A DNA stretch of 52,602 nt. Origin: a virus. Lineage: Duplodnaviria > Caudoviricetes. The notes beneath the pieces were generated by a model. It was not told the DNA's origin and made no database searches. It saw only the letters and a program-made list of their open reading frames with translations. Of this stretch, positions 36,782 to 45,923 are shown in pieces (position 1 is the stretch's first letter; each line of letters starts with the position of its first letter). The stretch is taken from the IMG/VR virus record IMGVR_UViG_3300001683_000042, positions 1 to 52,602 of that record; one strand, given 5' to 3'. Made by a program: the position numbers and the translations under genes.

Positions 36782-38016
36782 TAACAAAAGAATTTACAAA
36801 AATGACGGAAGCCGAAGGAGCTGGGGTACAGATTAAATCTATGCCTTATATATATAGGGCATATATTAAACGATCATTAGATAAAGCCAACATGGGTAGG
36901 TTGCAAGTTTATATTCCAGAGATTGCACATCCTACTAGAAAAGATACTTGGATTAACGTTAGATATTTGTCCCCGTTTGCTGGTGCATCTAATCCATATT
37001 CAATAAAGCCAATGTCTACAGCATTTAAAGATACCCAAACTGCTTATGGTTTTTGGATGGTTCCGCCCACAATAGAAACAGAAGGTTTAGTAGGTTTTAT
37101 TAATGGTGATATAAATGAAGGCGTTTGGTTAGGATGCTTCTTTCAAGAAAATGTTAATTTTACTGTACCAGGTATTCCATCTGCAATGACATATGAAGGA
37201 CCAGCACCAGGCGCAGAAAAAAACAAATATGATAAAAAACCAGAGCTCCGCCCTGCTCATAAACCAATGAAAGAGGCTCTTGAAACACAAGGACTTCTTG
37301 GCGGAGAAAACGGTGACCACAATGATGCGATTAGAGGAACCTGTACTAGTGGTGCTAAGAGAGAAAGCCCTAGTAAAGTGTTTGGAATATTAACTCCAGG
37401 ACAACATCAATTTGTAATGGACGACGGCGACGATGCTGGGGTTGATAAAGGTATACGATTACGAACTGCTGGTGGTGCTCAGGTACTACTTAATGATGAA
37501 AAAGGTATAGTTTACATTATTAATAAACGAGGTACAGCATGGATAGAACTTACCAATGACGGTAAGATGGATGTGTTTTGCACAGATGATATATCGTATC
37601 ATTCACTTAAAGATTTTAATTTACATGTAGATGGTGATATTAATATACAATCAAAAGGAAGTATAAAAATACGAGCAGAAGGAGCCGACGGAATTAATAT
37701 AAATGCTACTACTGGTGATTTTCAAATGAAGACTGCTGGTAATTATATTATACAAGCAGATTTAGACGGAAATCTTATAACAGCAGGTGGAACAGTAGTA
37801 AAGGCCGCAAGATTAGATTTACAAGGTGGTAGTGCAGTAGAGGCAGAGCCGCCTGAAATGATTTCATTATCAGACAATGTCAGTGTATTAGATAGTGTTT
37901 GCCCACGAGTACCAGAACATGAGCCTTGGTTAGGACATGAAGATAAAAGATTAATACCACTAGGCGAAGGTTTAAAACCTGGATTTGCTGCCGGTGGAGG
38001 ACTAGGGATTAATTAA
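36778..38016 (+). CDS. gp5: Baseplate central spike protein (gp5/VgrG-like OB fold plus beta-helix)
   Basis: GRLQVYIP, YGFWMVPP, GVWLGC, TPGQHQFVMDDG and IRLRTAGGAQVLLND; start at ATG 36778 (ATGA overlap). Confidence 0.8.
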   Translation: MITKEFTKMTEAEGAGVQIKSMPYIYRAYIKRSLDKANMGRLQVYIPEIAHPTRKDTWINVRYLSPFAGASNPYSIKPMSTAFKDTQTAYGFWMVPPTIETEGLVGFINGDINEGVWLGCFFQENVNFTVPGIPSAMTYEGPAPGAEKNKYDKKPELRPAHKPMKEALETQGLLGGENGDHNDAIRGTCTSGAKRESPSKVFGILTPGQHQFVMDDGDDAGVDKGIRLRTAGGAQVLLNDEKGIVYIINKRGTAWIELTNDGKMDVFCTDDISYHSLKDFNLHVDGDINIQSKGSIKIRAEGADGININATTGDFQMKTAGNYIIQADLDGNLITAGGTVVKAARLDLQGGSAVEAEPPEMISLSDNVSVLDSVCPRVPEHEPWLGHEDKRLIPLGEGLKPGFAAGGGLGIN

Positions 38017-41000
38017 TGGCAACTAGATATAAAGAATTACCGATAGAGATTAACTATGATGATCAATCATTATCGAAACAATATTCGTCTACTCCTGTAA
38101 ACACAAAATCGGCCTCAATAAGTGATGCCGGTCTTGATTTTATGTTAGGCAAAGAATTATATCGCGGACATCGCCATTGGGATGGTAAAAAATATGTAAT
38201 GGGTTATGGTTATAGCGGTAGTGCCTTTTCTAATGGTATTACCGAAACAAATGCATATAGATTATGGATAACAGATGTTACTAAGGCACAAAACAATCTT
38301 CGCAAACGACTAAACAATAGTCCAGAATTTGTCTTACAACACCAATGGGATGCTTTGGTTAGTATGTTTTATGATACCGGTTCAATAGATTATACTACAA
38401 CCGAAGGATATGAATTTGATTTAATTTATTTCATTCAAAAAGGTACCATTGATCAAGTATCATCTGCAATACAAATAGATAATAGAAAACCTTCTCGTAG
38501 AGTTGCAGAAGCATCATTATTTAGATTATGCAATTATGGTAATATGAAACCTAGGTCATGGTTGCGAAATGAAGGCATTCAACATATAAGAAAAAACTAT
38601 CTTGCTCTTAAAGACAAAGATGGTAATATTGATAAAACTGCCCAACAACAAGCACAATATGCTTATTATAAAGAAGTTAACAAATTTATAAAAGATATAT
38701 CAGAAATTGATAGGCGCAGAATTATTAATTTAATAAAACAAGAAACAGATACTACAATTGATTCTAGTACTCCTATTGAACAGTATGTTGTTAGAACTAC
38801 TCCTGAATCGGAATACAAAAAGTTAAGTACATTAATTACAACCACAACAACTACCGAAGCACCGTTTACTAGTTTACCTATTACGTATACCCAATCAGAA
38901 TCGGGTTCTACTGCTGGCGGAGGTGGCGGTGGGTCAAGTGAAGGCGGCGGCACATCTACACATTCACATATTGTTGCACAATGGTTGCCACCAGGCGGTG
39001 CAGAAGGACAATTTATAAACCATTTGGGTTCGTGGTCAACTCCTATAGGTTCTGGCGATAATTCATTTAATGGTGTATTTGCAAATTTAACTGAGAGACC
39101 GACAACTATTGCTGGGTATGGTATATTAGATGCATTTATAGGAAACTATAATGATTTAACAAATAAACCCGATTTGTTTAGTGGCAGTTATGATGATTTA
39201 ACAGAAAAGCCAAGTAATTTTACTGGAGCATCTTCATCTACAAGTGGAGCATATGGATTTGTTCCAAGTCCTCTAGCCGGCGATCAATTAAAATATTTAA
39301 GTGCCACAGGTATTTGGTCAGTACCACCTAATACAACATATGTTAATTCAGATTGGAACCATGATCTATTAACTAATTTTTCGGAAGACGAACATATAGA
39401 TTGGACACAAGATCAATCAGGGATTCCTAAAGAAATACATGTAAGCAATTATGCTGGCGGGTCTCCTTTTGGAGGAGCAACATCTAGTACAGACGGAACA
39501 GCAGGAACAGTACCTGCACCGGTAGCAGGAGATGAGGTTAAATTTTTAAAAGGTGATAGAACTTGGTCTGTAGTTGCTAGTTTTGGAGGGGCAACATCTA
39601 GTACAGACGGAACACCAGGAACAGTACCTGCACCAGTAGCAGGGGATGAGCTTAAATTTTTAAAAGGTGATAGAACTTGGGCAGTAGTTACTAGTTATGA
39701 TCAAACGTTAAACACAACAGACGATGTAACATTTGATGACTTAATTGTTAATGGTAATCTTACAGTTAACGGAACAGAAACAATAGTTAATACTTCTAAA
39801 TTAGAAGTAGAAGATCATACTATAGAAATAGGCAAAGTTGCTACTCCGACAAATGATACAGCCGATGGCGGCGGTATTATACTCAAAGCCGCAAATGATA
39901 AAACTATTACTTGGAGCAAAACCACAGACATGTGGGGCTTTAATACCTCTGTAAATATCGGTGGACTAGTTCATATATCAACTGAACAAGGTTCTACTCC
40001 AGCCCTACCTGCAGACGGAGACGGCGGATATTTTTATACAAAAGCAGACGGAAAACCATATTGGATAAGTTACGAACAACTTGAAATAGATTTAACCGAC
40101 ACAGGATCTTTAACAGGATTATCTGATACCACAATAACAACGCCTTCGTCAGGTCAAGTATTAACATGGAACGGAACTGCCTGGATAAATCAAGCAAGCT
40201 CCGGTGGTGGTGGTGGTGGATCTCCACTAACAGTAGCAGAAATAAACGACCCTAGTTCTAATGTTAGTGTAGCATCTGTAAGTCAAATACAATTTGATGT
40301 AGACAGCGGATTTGCTTTAACTGATTTAACTGGTGGTGTTGTTAAAGTTGCAATGGAAAGCACCTTTAAAAAGTGGAATGTATCAGGACAAGATACACTA
40401 ATAGCAACAGCAGTTGACGAAGTTACATTAGCACAAGGTGCCGGTATAACATTAACTACAACAGCACCACCAAGTACCACACAAACTTATTATGTAAAAT
40501 TTAGTAGTGGCAAATATATTTTTGAAGATGCAACAGGAATTGTTGGAGCAGGTAATGCTATTACATCTTTTAATTTTGTAACTGGTGGTACTTATATTTT
40601 TGATACAAGTAATTCAACATTAGTACCCACGTCTACACAATTTGAACTTTCAACAACAACAGACGGAACACACAACTCAGGTACAAGATATGCAAATGGT
40701 ATTACATATGGTGATTCGGGTGGTAGAATTGCTGATGGTACCGCAGGAGCATTTTTACAAATAAAAGGAAAGAATGATACTGCTACAACTTTATATGATT
40801 ATAATGAAGATTCGAGTGGTTCAGGAGATGGTTCTGGAGCGACTATAACTGCTCAACAAAAAACACTAACAATTGCATCAACTTCGAGCGGAACTTTAGC
40901 TGGTTTGTCCGATACAACTATTACTAATGCCCAGGATGCTCAAATTTTAACATATAGCAGTGGAAGTTGGATTAATGCGGCACTCGGGGGGATTGATTTA

Positions 41001-43493
41001 ACAGATCTATCTGTAACAAATGTAACTGCCAATGCAGTATCAACATTAACATATAATAATCAAACAGGTGTTTTTACATATACACCTTTAGCTGAACAAG
41101 ATCCAATATTTCTTGCTTCACCTGCATCAAATGTAACTACAACCAAAATAACAAATTGGGATACTGCCTATCTATGGGGAGACCATGATGCTGAAGGATA
41201 TTTAACATCGTATACAGAAACCGATCCTGTATTTGGTGCTCATGTTTCATCAGGAATAACTCAACAAAAAATTACTAATTGGGATGCCGCACATGGATGG
41301 GGGGATCATGCCTCTGCAAATTATTTCGACATAGATGATGACGATTTAGCTGACATAAGAGATGTTGATTTATCAAGCATGAATACTGGTACTAATGGAT
41401 ATTTTTTAAGATGGAATTCTACTGCTCAAAAATGGAAAGAAGAAATTATTGTTATACCAACAGTATTAGATGATTTAACTGATGTAGATACAACTACAAC
41501 AACTCCAGTACTTAATCAAGTATTAAAATATGATGGTACAAACTTTACTCCTCAATTAGATACTGGACAAAATACATTAGCAGGATTAACAGATACAGAT
41601 GTTACCGGTGTATCAAATGGTAAAATTTTATCATATTTAAATGGTACTTGGGAATTAGATGATCCACCATTAACAGGCGCCACAACTATAACAGGGCTAA
41701 ATGATACACCTGCAAATTACACAAATGCCGCAGGGTATTTTGTAAAAGTTAAATCAGATAGTACAGGTATAGAATTTGTTAGCGAATCATTTTTAACAGA
41801 TATAACTGCCGAAAATTTAACTGATTTAATTGATGTTACTCCTGTGTTATCTGCCAATAATACAGATATCATGTATTACGATCATCCTTCTACTTCATTT
41901 AAATGGAAAAAATTTGAACTTAAAAATTTATCAGATTTAGATATACCAGGTTCATCGGAAAACTTACAAGGATTATATTATAATCATTCTACTACTTCAT
42001 TTAAATGGAGAGATTATAAATTAACAGCTCTATTAGATGTAGCAAGTTCGGCGCAAGCAGATAACAAGAAAGTACTTTATTATGATTATCCAACTAATTC
42101 ATATAAATGGAAAGCATTAACTATATCACAAATAATAGATGTAGATACTCCTGTACAAAGCAACGATGGTAATTTCTTACAATATGATTTTACAAATAGT
42201 AAATTTATTTGGGCAGATACAGGAAATGTAAGTGTTAGAAATGAAGGCATAATAATAACAAATGCTGTAGGAAATCTAGATTTTGTAGGTGATGGTGTAA
42301 ATTCGACTGCAACAGGTGATGCTGTTACTATAACTATAGACGGAAATCCAACATTTATAGGACAAACAGATTCGCCATCCACATATACAGGTAGTGTAGG
42401 GAAAATGTTAATTGTTAACCCCAATGAAACAGGAATACAATTTGCAGAGATTGGTGATGTTAATACAACATTTCTTCTACTAACCGATGTCATTCCTACA
42501 TCGTTTACTGGAGGAGAAAATAAGTTAATAACGGTTAACTCAGGCGGAACCGGACTTATATTCACAGATAAAACTTTTATTAGTTTAGATGATACTCCTA
42601 GTACAATGACTAACCAAGGTGGAAAATATATTGCTATTAAAAATAATGCGACAGGATTAGAGTTTGTTAGTCCTCCTGTTCAAATTGATACATTTTCCGC
42701 ATTACAAGACACTCCTGGTATATCAACAGGAGATTCAGGAAAATATATAAAAGTTAATACAGGCGGAACTGCATTAGAATTTGTTAGTGCTCCGGTAGAT
42801 GTTACAACATTTATTGGATTAACTGATACACCTAGTACACTAAGTGGCCAAACAGGAAAATATCTAAGAGTTTCTACAAGTGGTACAACTTTAGAATTAA
42901 CAGATGCACCTGCTGGTACACTTTTAGAATTAACCGATACTCCTGTTTCTTATGTAGGTTCTACGGGTTATTTGTTAACAGTTTCTGCACAAAATACAAT
43001 TCAATTTACAAATAAAACCGCATTAGGATATGTTGGAGAAACTGATTTAACAAATTATACAGTTGGCAATATTATTAGTACAGATAATGTAATTGAAGGA
43101 AATACAAATAAATATTATACTGAGGCTCGTGTTGATACGAATATTGGGAGCAAGAATGTAAGTGCTCTTGCTGATGTCGATTATGTAAATGCTCCAGTTA
43201 ATAATGATGTATTAATATGGAACGCGACAAACGGAAAATGGGAGCCAGGTGTTGCTCCGAATACTTCATCGGGTGAAGCAAATACTGCATCTAATGTTGG
43301 TACAGGGTTAGGTGTGTTTAAACAGAAAGCAAGCCTTGATTTAGAATTTTATAAACTTTCAGCAGGAACAGGTATTTCTGTAACACAACAGGGTAATAAT
43401 ATACAAATAGGTAACCTAGCAGTCAGTGGACCAGGCGGAAGTGCTTATATAGAAGAAGATGATGCAATTGCATTTGCTATTGCATTCGCATAA
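38016..43493 (+). CDS. Large fibre protein with an N-terminal GH24 lysozyme-like domain
   Basis: 1825 aa; SDAGLDFM..KE-x8-D...GYG, QWDALVS..Y..G and RR.AEA.LF, followed by many L..L.DT and F..L.DTP fibre repeats. Confidence 0.8.
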   Translation: MATRYKELPIEINYDDQSLSKQYSSTPVNTKSASISDAGLDFMLGKELYRGHRHWDGKKYVMGYGYSGSAFSNGITETNAYRLWITDVTKAQNNLRKRLNNSPEFVLQHQWDALVSMFYDTGSIDYTTTEGYEFDLIYFIQKGTIDQVSSAIQIDNRKPSRRVAEASLFRLCNYGNMKPRSWLRNEGIQHIRKNYLALKDKDGNIDKTAQQQAQYAYYKEVNKFIKDISEIDRRRIINLIKQETDTTIDSSTPIEQYVVRTTPESEYKKLSTLITTTTTTEAPFTSLPITYTQSESGSTAGGGGGGSSEGGGTSTHSHIVAQWLPPGGAEGQFINHLGSWSTPIGSGDNSFNGVFANLTERPTTIAGYGILDAFIGNYNDLTNKPDLFSGSYDDLTEKPSNFTGASSSTSGAYGFVPSPLAGDQLKYLSATGIWSVPPNTTYVNSDWNHDLLTNFSEDEHIDWTQDQSGIPKEIHVSNYAGGSPFGGATSSTDGTAGTVPAPVAGDEVKFLKGDRTWSVVASFGGATSSTDGTPGTVPAPVAGDELKFLKGDRTWAVVTSYDQTLNTTDDVTFDDLIVNGNLTVNGTETIVNTSKLEVEDHTIEIGKVATPTNDTADGGGIILKAANDKTITWSKTTDMWGFNTSVNIGGLVHISTEQGSTPALPADGDGGYFYTKADGKPYWISYEQLEIDLTDTGSLTGLSDTTITTPSSGQVLTWNGTAWINQASSGGGGGGSPLTVAEINDPSSNVSVASVSQIQFDVDSGFALTDLTGGVVKVAMESTFKKWNVSGQDTLIATAVDEVTLAQGAGITLTTTAPPSTTQTYYVKFSSGKYIFEDATGIVGAGNAITSFNFVTGGTYIFDTSNSTLVPTSTQFELSTTTDGTHNSGTRYANGITYGDSGGRIADGTAGAFLQIKGKNDTATTLYDYNEDSSGSGDGSGATITAQQKTLTIASTSSGTLAGLSDTTITNAQDAQILTYSSGSWINAALGGIDLTDLSVTNVTANAVSTLTYNNQTGVFTYTPLAEQDPIFLASPASNVTTTKITNWDTAYLWGDHDAEGYLTSYTETDPVFGAHVSSGITQQKITNWDAAHGWGDHASANYFDIDDDDLADIRDVDLSSMNTGTNGYFLRWNSTAQKWKEEIIVIPTVLDDLTDVDTTTTTPVLNQVLKYDGTNFTPQLDTGQNTLAGLTDTDVTGVSNGKILSYLNGTWELDDPPLTGATTITGLNDTPANYTNAAGYFVKVKSDSTGIEFVSESFLTDITAENLTDLIDVTPVLSANNTDIMYYDHPSTSFKWKKFELKNLSDLDIPGSSENLQGLYYNHSTTSFKWRDYKLTALLDVASSAQADNKKVLYYDYPTNSYKWKALTISQIIDVDTPVQSNDGNFLQYDFTNSKFIWADTGNVSVRNEGIIITNAVGNLDFVGDGVNSTATGDAVTITIDGNPTFIGQTDSPSTYTGSVGKMLIVNPNETGIQFAEIGDVNTTFLLLTDVIPTSFTGGENKLITVNSGGTGLIFTDKTFISLDDTPSTMTNQGGKYIAIKNNATGLEFVSPPVQIDTFSALQDTPGISTGDSGKYIKVNTGGTALEFVSAPVDVTTFIGLTDTPSTLSGQTGKYLRVSTSGTTLELTDAPAGTLLELTDTPVSYVGSTGYLLTVSAQNTIQFTNKTALGYVGETDLTNYTVGNIISTDNVIEGNTNKYYTEARVDTNIGSKNVSALADVDYVNAPVNNDVLIWNATNGKWEPGVAPNTSSGEANTASNVGTGLGVFKQKASLDLEFYKLSAGTGISVTQQGNNIQIGNLAVSGPGGSAYIEEDDAIAFAIAFA
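39467..39694 (+). repeat. Tandem 114-bp (38-codon) duplication in the 1825-aa gene
   Basis: Two near-identical copies at 39467 and 39581 encoding FGGATSSTDGT.GTVPAPVAGDE.KFLKGDRTW. Confidence 0.92.
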
Positions 43494-43503
43494 TGGATAA
43501 AAT

Positions 43504-43836
43504 ATGGCCAGTTTTTTTAAAAATGCAAGTCATACAATTGCTGTAGCAGATACAGATGAAACAATGTATACAGCCAATCAATTAAACCAAGTTTCGGCAA
43601 TTATTCATGGTTTATATATTGCTAATAAACATGCTACATCAAATGTACAAATTACATTGAAAGTGTATGACGATAGTGCTACTTCAGATATGGTAATATT
43701 ATCTAAGGTACCAATACCACCAAACACAACGTTGAGTTTGGATAAATCTATTAATTTAGAAGCCGATGATTCATTAAAAGTGGCGGCAACACACACAGAT
43801 TGCGAAATATTTGCAAGCGTTTTGGAGAGAACATAA
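43504..43836 (+). CDS. Small virion structural protein
   Basis: 110 aa; MASFFKNA...IIHGLYIAN...IPPNTTL...INLEADDSLKV; follows a fibre ending AIAFAIAFA. Confidence 0.7.
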   Translation: MASFFKNASHTIAVADTDETMYTANQLNQVSAIIHGLYIANKHATSNVQITLKVYDDSATSDMVILSKVPIPPNTTLSLDKSINLEADDSLKVAATHTDCEIFASVLERT

Positions 43837-45914
43837 TGTATTATGGTCAAAGATATGAAGCGGTTTTATCCGCAGTTGACTACGATGATATACAAAATAT
43901 TCCTGACTTCCAGTATGATTCATTTACTGGTCCAGGAACTTCATTTACCCTAACAACAGGTTCTCCAAAAGATGTTGCGGCATTGGATGTAACAATAGAT
44001 GGAGTAACACAAAAACCCGGAGTTGATTATAGTATAACAAATTTAGCAAGCGGAACACAAATTGCATTTAGTTCGTCATTAGAAGCAGGCGAAACTGCTG
44101 TTGTAGTATATAGAGCAATACCAGGATCAAGTCAAACATTAGCATATACAGAACAATTTACCGCTGTTCAAAATGATAATTCTCCTGTATTAGGAGGAGA
44201 TTTAAATTTAAATGAAAACAAAATTATATCTGCCACAAATACCGATTTAAAAATAGAAGTAGGAGCAGGCGGCGAATTAAAATTAAATGAGCAGACATTT
44301 CCTTCAGCAGACGGTGTATCTGGTCAATTTTTAATGACAGATGGTACAGGTGCAATAACATGGCAATCACCACCAGGTGCAACCGGCGGTGAAGCAAATA
44401 CCGCAAGTAATGCAGGAACCAATCTAGAAGGAACAGGCATATTTAAACAAAAAAGTAATATTAATTTCGAATTTAAAAGATTAATAGCAGGCGATGGTAT
44501 TGTTATTAGTGATGAAGAAAATTTAATAAGAATACGAACACCTGACTATCAACTTAATAAATTGGACTATGGTATAATACCTGCAGATTATGGCGATTTA
44601 GGAACAGCAACAGCAGAACAAGATTATGGTTTTGTAGCAGATGATACAGCCGTTAACTTAACTGAAATTTTGGGTCTATCGGCGAATCTAGAATCACCAA
44701 GTGCTTTAACAAACAATCACTTTGATGATAGAATGTATATTGCTGAACAAACAGGTAAAATTAAAGTATATAAAGGTGAGGTTGTTTTGCAAACACCATT
44801 GCTAGATATGACATCAACAACTAATTCAACACCTGTTATGCTTCCTTTGGCTACTTCATATGATGAAAGAGGATTATTAGGTTTAACATTTCATCCAGAC
44901 TTTGAACATAATGGGTGGTTTTTTGTTAATTATTCTGCGGCAAAATCGGTAGGTACAGATCATCCATATATTGGTATAGGCATAGATCACGAAAGTATTA
45001 TAGCAAGATATACTGTTACAGATCCGATAAATGATGATGTTGCAGACCCTACGTCTGGAATAATTATTATGCGATTTGATCAACCTGCTGTCAATCATAA
45101 TGCTGGATATATGACATTTGGGCCCGATGGTTATATGTATATAGGAACAGGCGATGGCGGAGCAGGGCCTCAACAACCAGCACCAGAACACAATGCTCAA
45201 ATGAGAACTAGTCCATTAGGAAAAATTTTAAGAATAAATGTGGATATAGGTTCTGCAGAATATGGGAATTATGCTATACCATCTGATAATCCATTTAAAG
45301 ATCATGCAGAGTTTAAAGAAGAAATTTTTGCATTTGGATTTAGAAATCCATTTGGAATGAGTGTAGACCACGTAACAGGAAAATGTTGGGTTGGTGATGT
45401 TGGACAATATGAAATAGAAGAAATTAGTATTGCTAAAAATGGAGGCAATTATGGATGGAATCTTATGGAAGGTACCTTCTTATATGATGTTGAAAAAGCA
45501 ATTGAGATTGCTACTCTCGCAGGTACAGATGTTGAGACATATTTGAATGGCTTAGAAAAACCTGTAGCAGAGTATCCACATTTTAATTCCCCTAGGGGAA
45601 TTAATGGACTATCAATTATAGGTGGATTTGTTTATAGAGGATCAGTTTGTACAGAATTAATAGGAAAATATGTTTTTGCTGATTGGACTACTGATTGGTC
45701 CAATCCTGAAGGAAAAATATATTACTTAAAAGAGCCGATACCAGATATATATCAAATACATCAATTAAACCCATTAGCAATAGATTTTGGTGTACAGTTT
45801 GTTACGGGATTTGGCGAAGATGTACATAAAGAACTATATGTTATAACACGATTAACATATGATCCGACAGGCCCCGGAAAAATTTATAAACTTGTAGGAC
45901 AAACAGTTGCATAA
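43836..45914 (+). CDS. Fibre protein fused to a PQQ-dependent glucose/sorbosone dehydrogenase-family beta-propeller
   Basis: N-terminal fibre modules; C-terminal ERGLLGLTFHPDF, NHNAG.M.FGPDGYMYIGTGDGG, LGKILRINVD, IPSDNPF, GFRNPF, GDVGQ and GGNYGW; start at ATG 43836 (TAATG). Confidence 0.88.
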   Translation: MYYGQRYEAVLSAVDYDDIQNIPDFQYDSFTGPGTSFTLTTGSPKDVAALDVTIDGVTQKPGVDYSITNLASGTQIAFSSSLEAGETAVVVYRAIPGSSQTLAYTEQFTAVQNDNSPVLGGDLNLNENKIISATNTDLKIEVGAGGELKLNEQTFPSADGVSGQFLMTDGTGAITWQSPPGATGGEANTASNAGTNLEGTGIFKQKSNINFEFKRLIAGDGIVISDEENLIRIRTPDYQLNKLDYGIIPADYGDLGTATAEQDYGFVADDTAVNLTEILGLSANLESPSALTNNHFDDRMYIAEQTGKIKVYKGEVVLQTPLLDMTSTTNSTPVMLPLATSYDERGLLGLTFHPDFEHNGWFFVNYSAAKSVGTDHPYIGIGIDHESIIARYTVTDPINDDVADPTSGIIIMRFDQPAVNHNAGYMTFGPDGYMYIGTGDGGAGPQQPAPEHNAQMRTSPLGKILRINVDIGSAEYGNYAIPSDNPFKDHAEFKEEIFAFGFRNPFGMSVDHVTGKCWVGDVGQYEIEEISIAKNGGNYGWNLMEGTFLYDVEKAIEIATLAGTDVETYLNGLEKPVAEYPHFNSPRGINGLSIIGGFVYRGSVCTELIGKYVFADWTTDWSNPEGKIYYLKEPIPDIYQIHQLNPLAIDFGVQFVTGFGEDVHKELYVITRLTYDPTGPGKIYKLVGQTVA

Positions 45915-45923
45915 GGAAATAAA

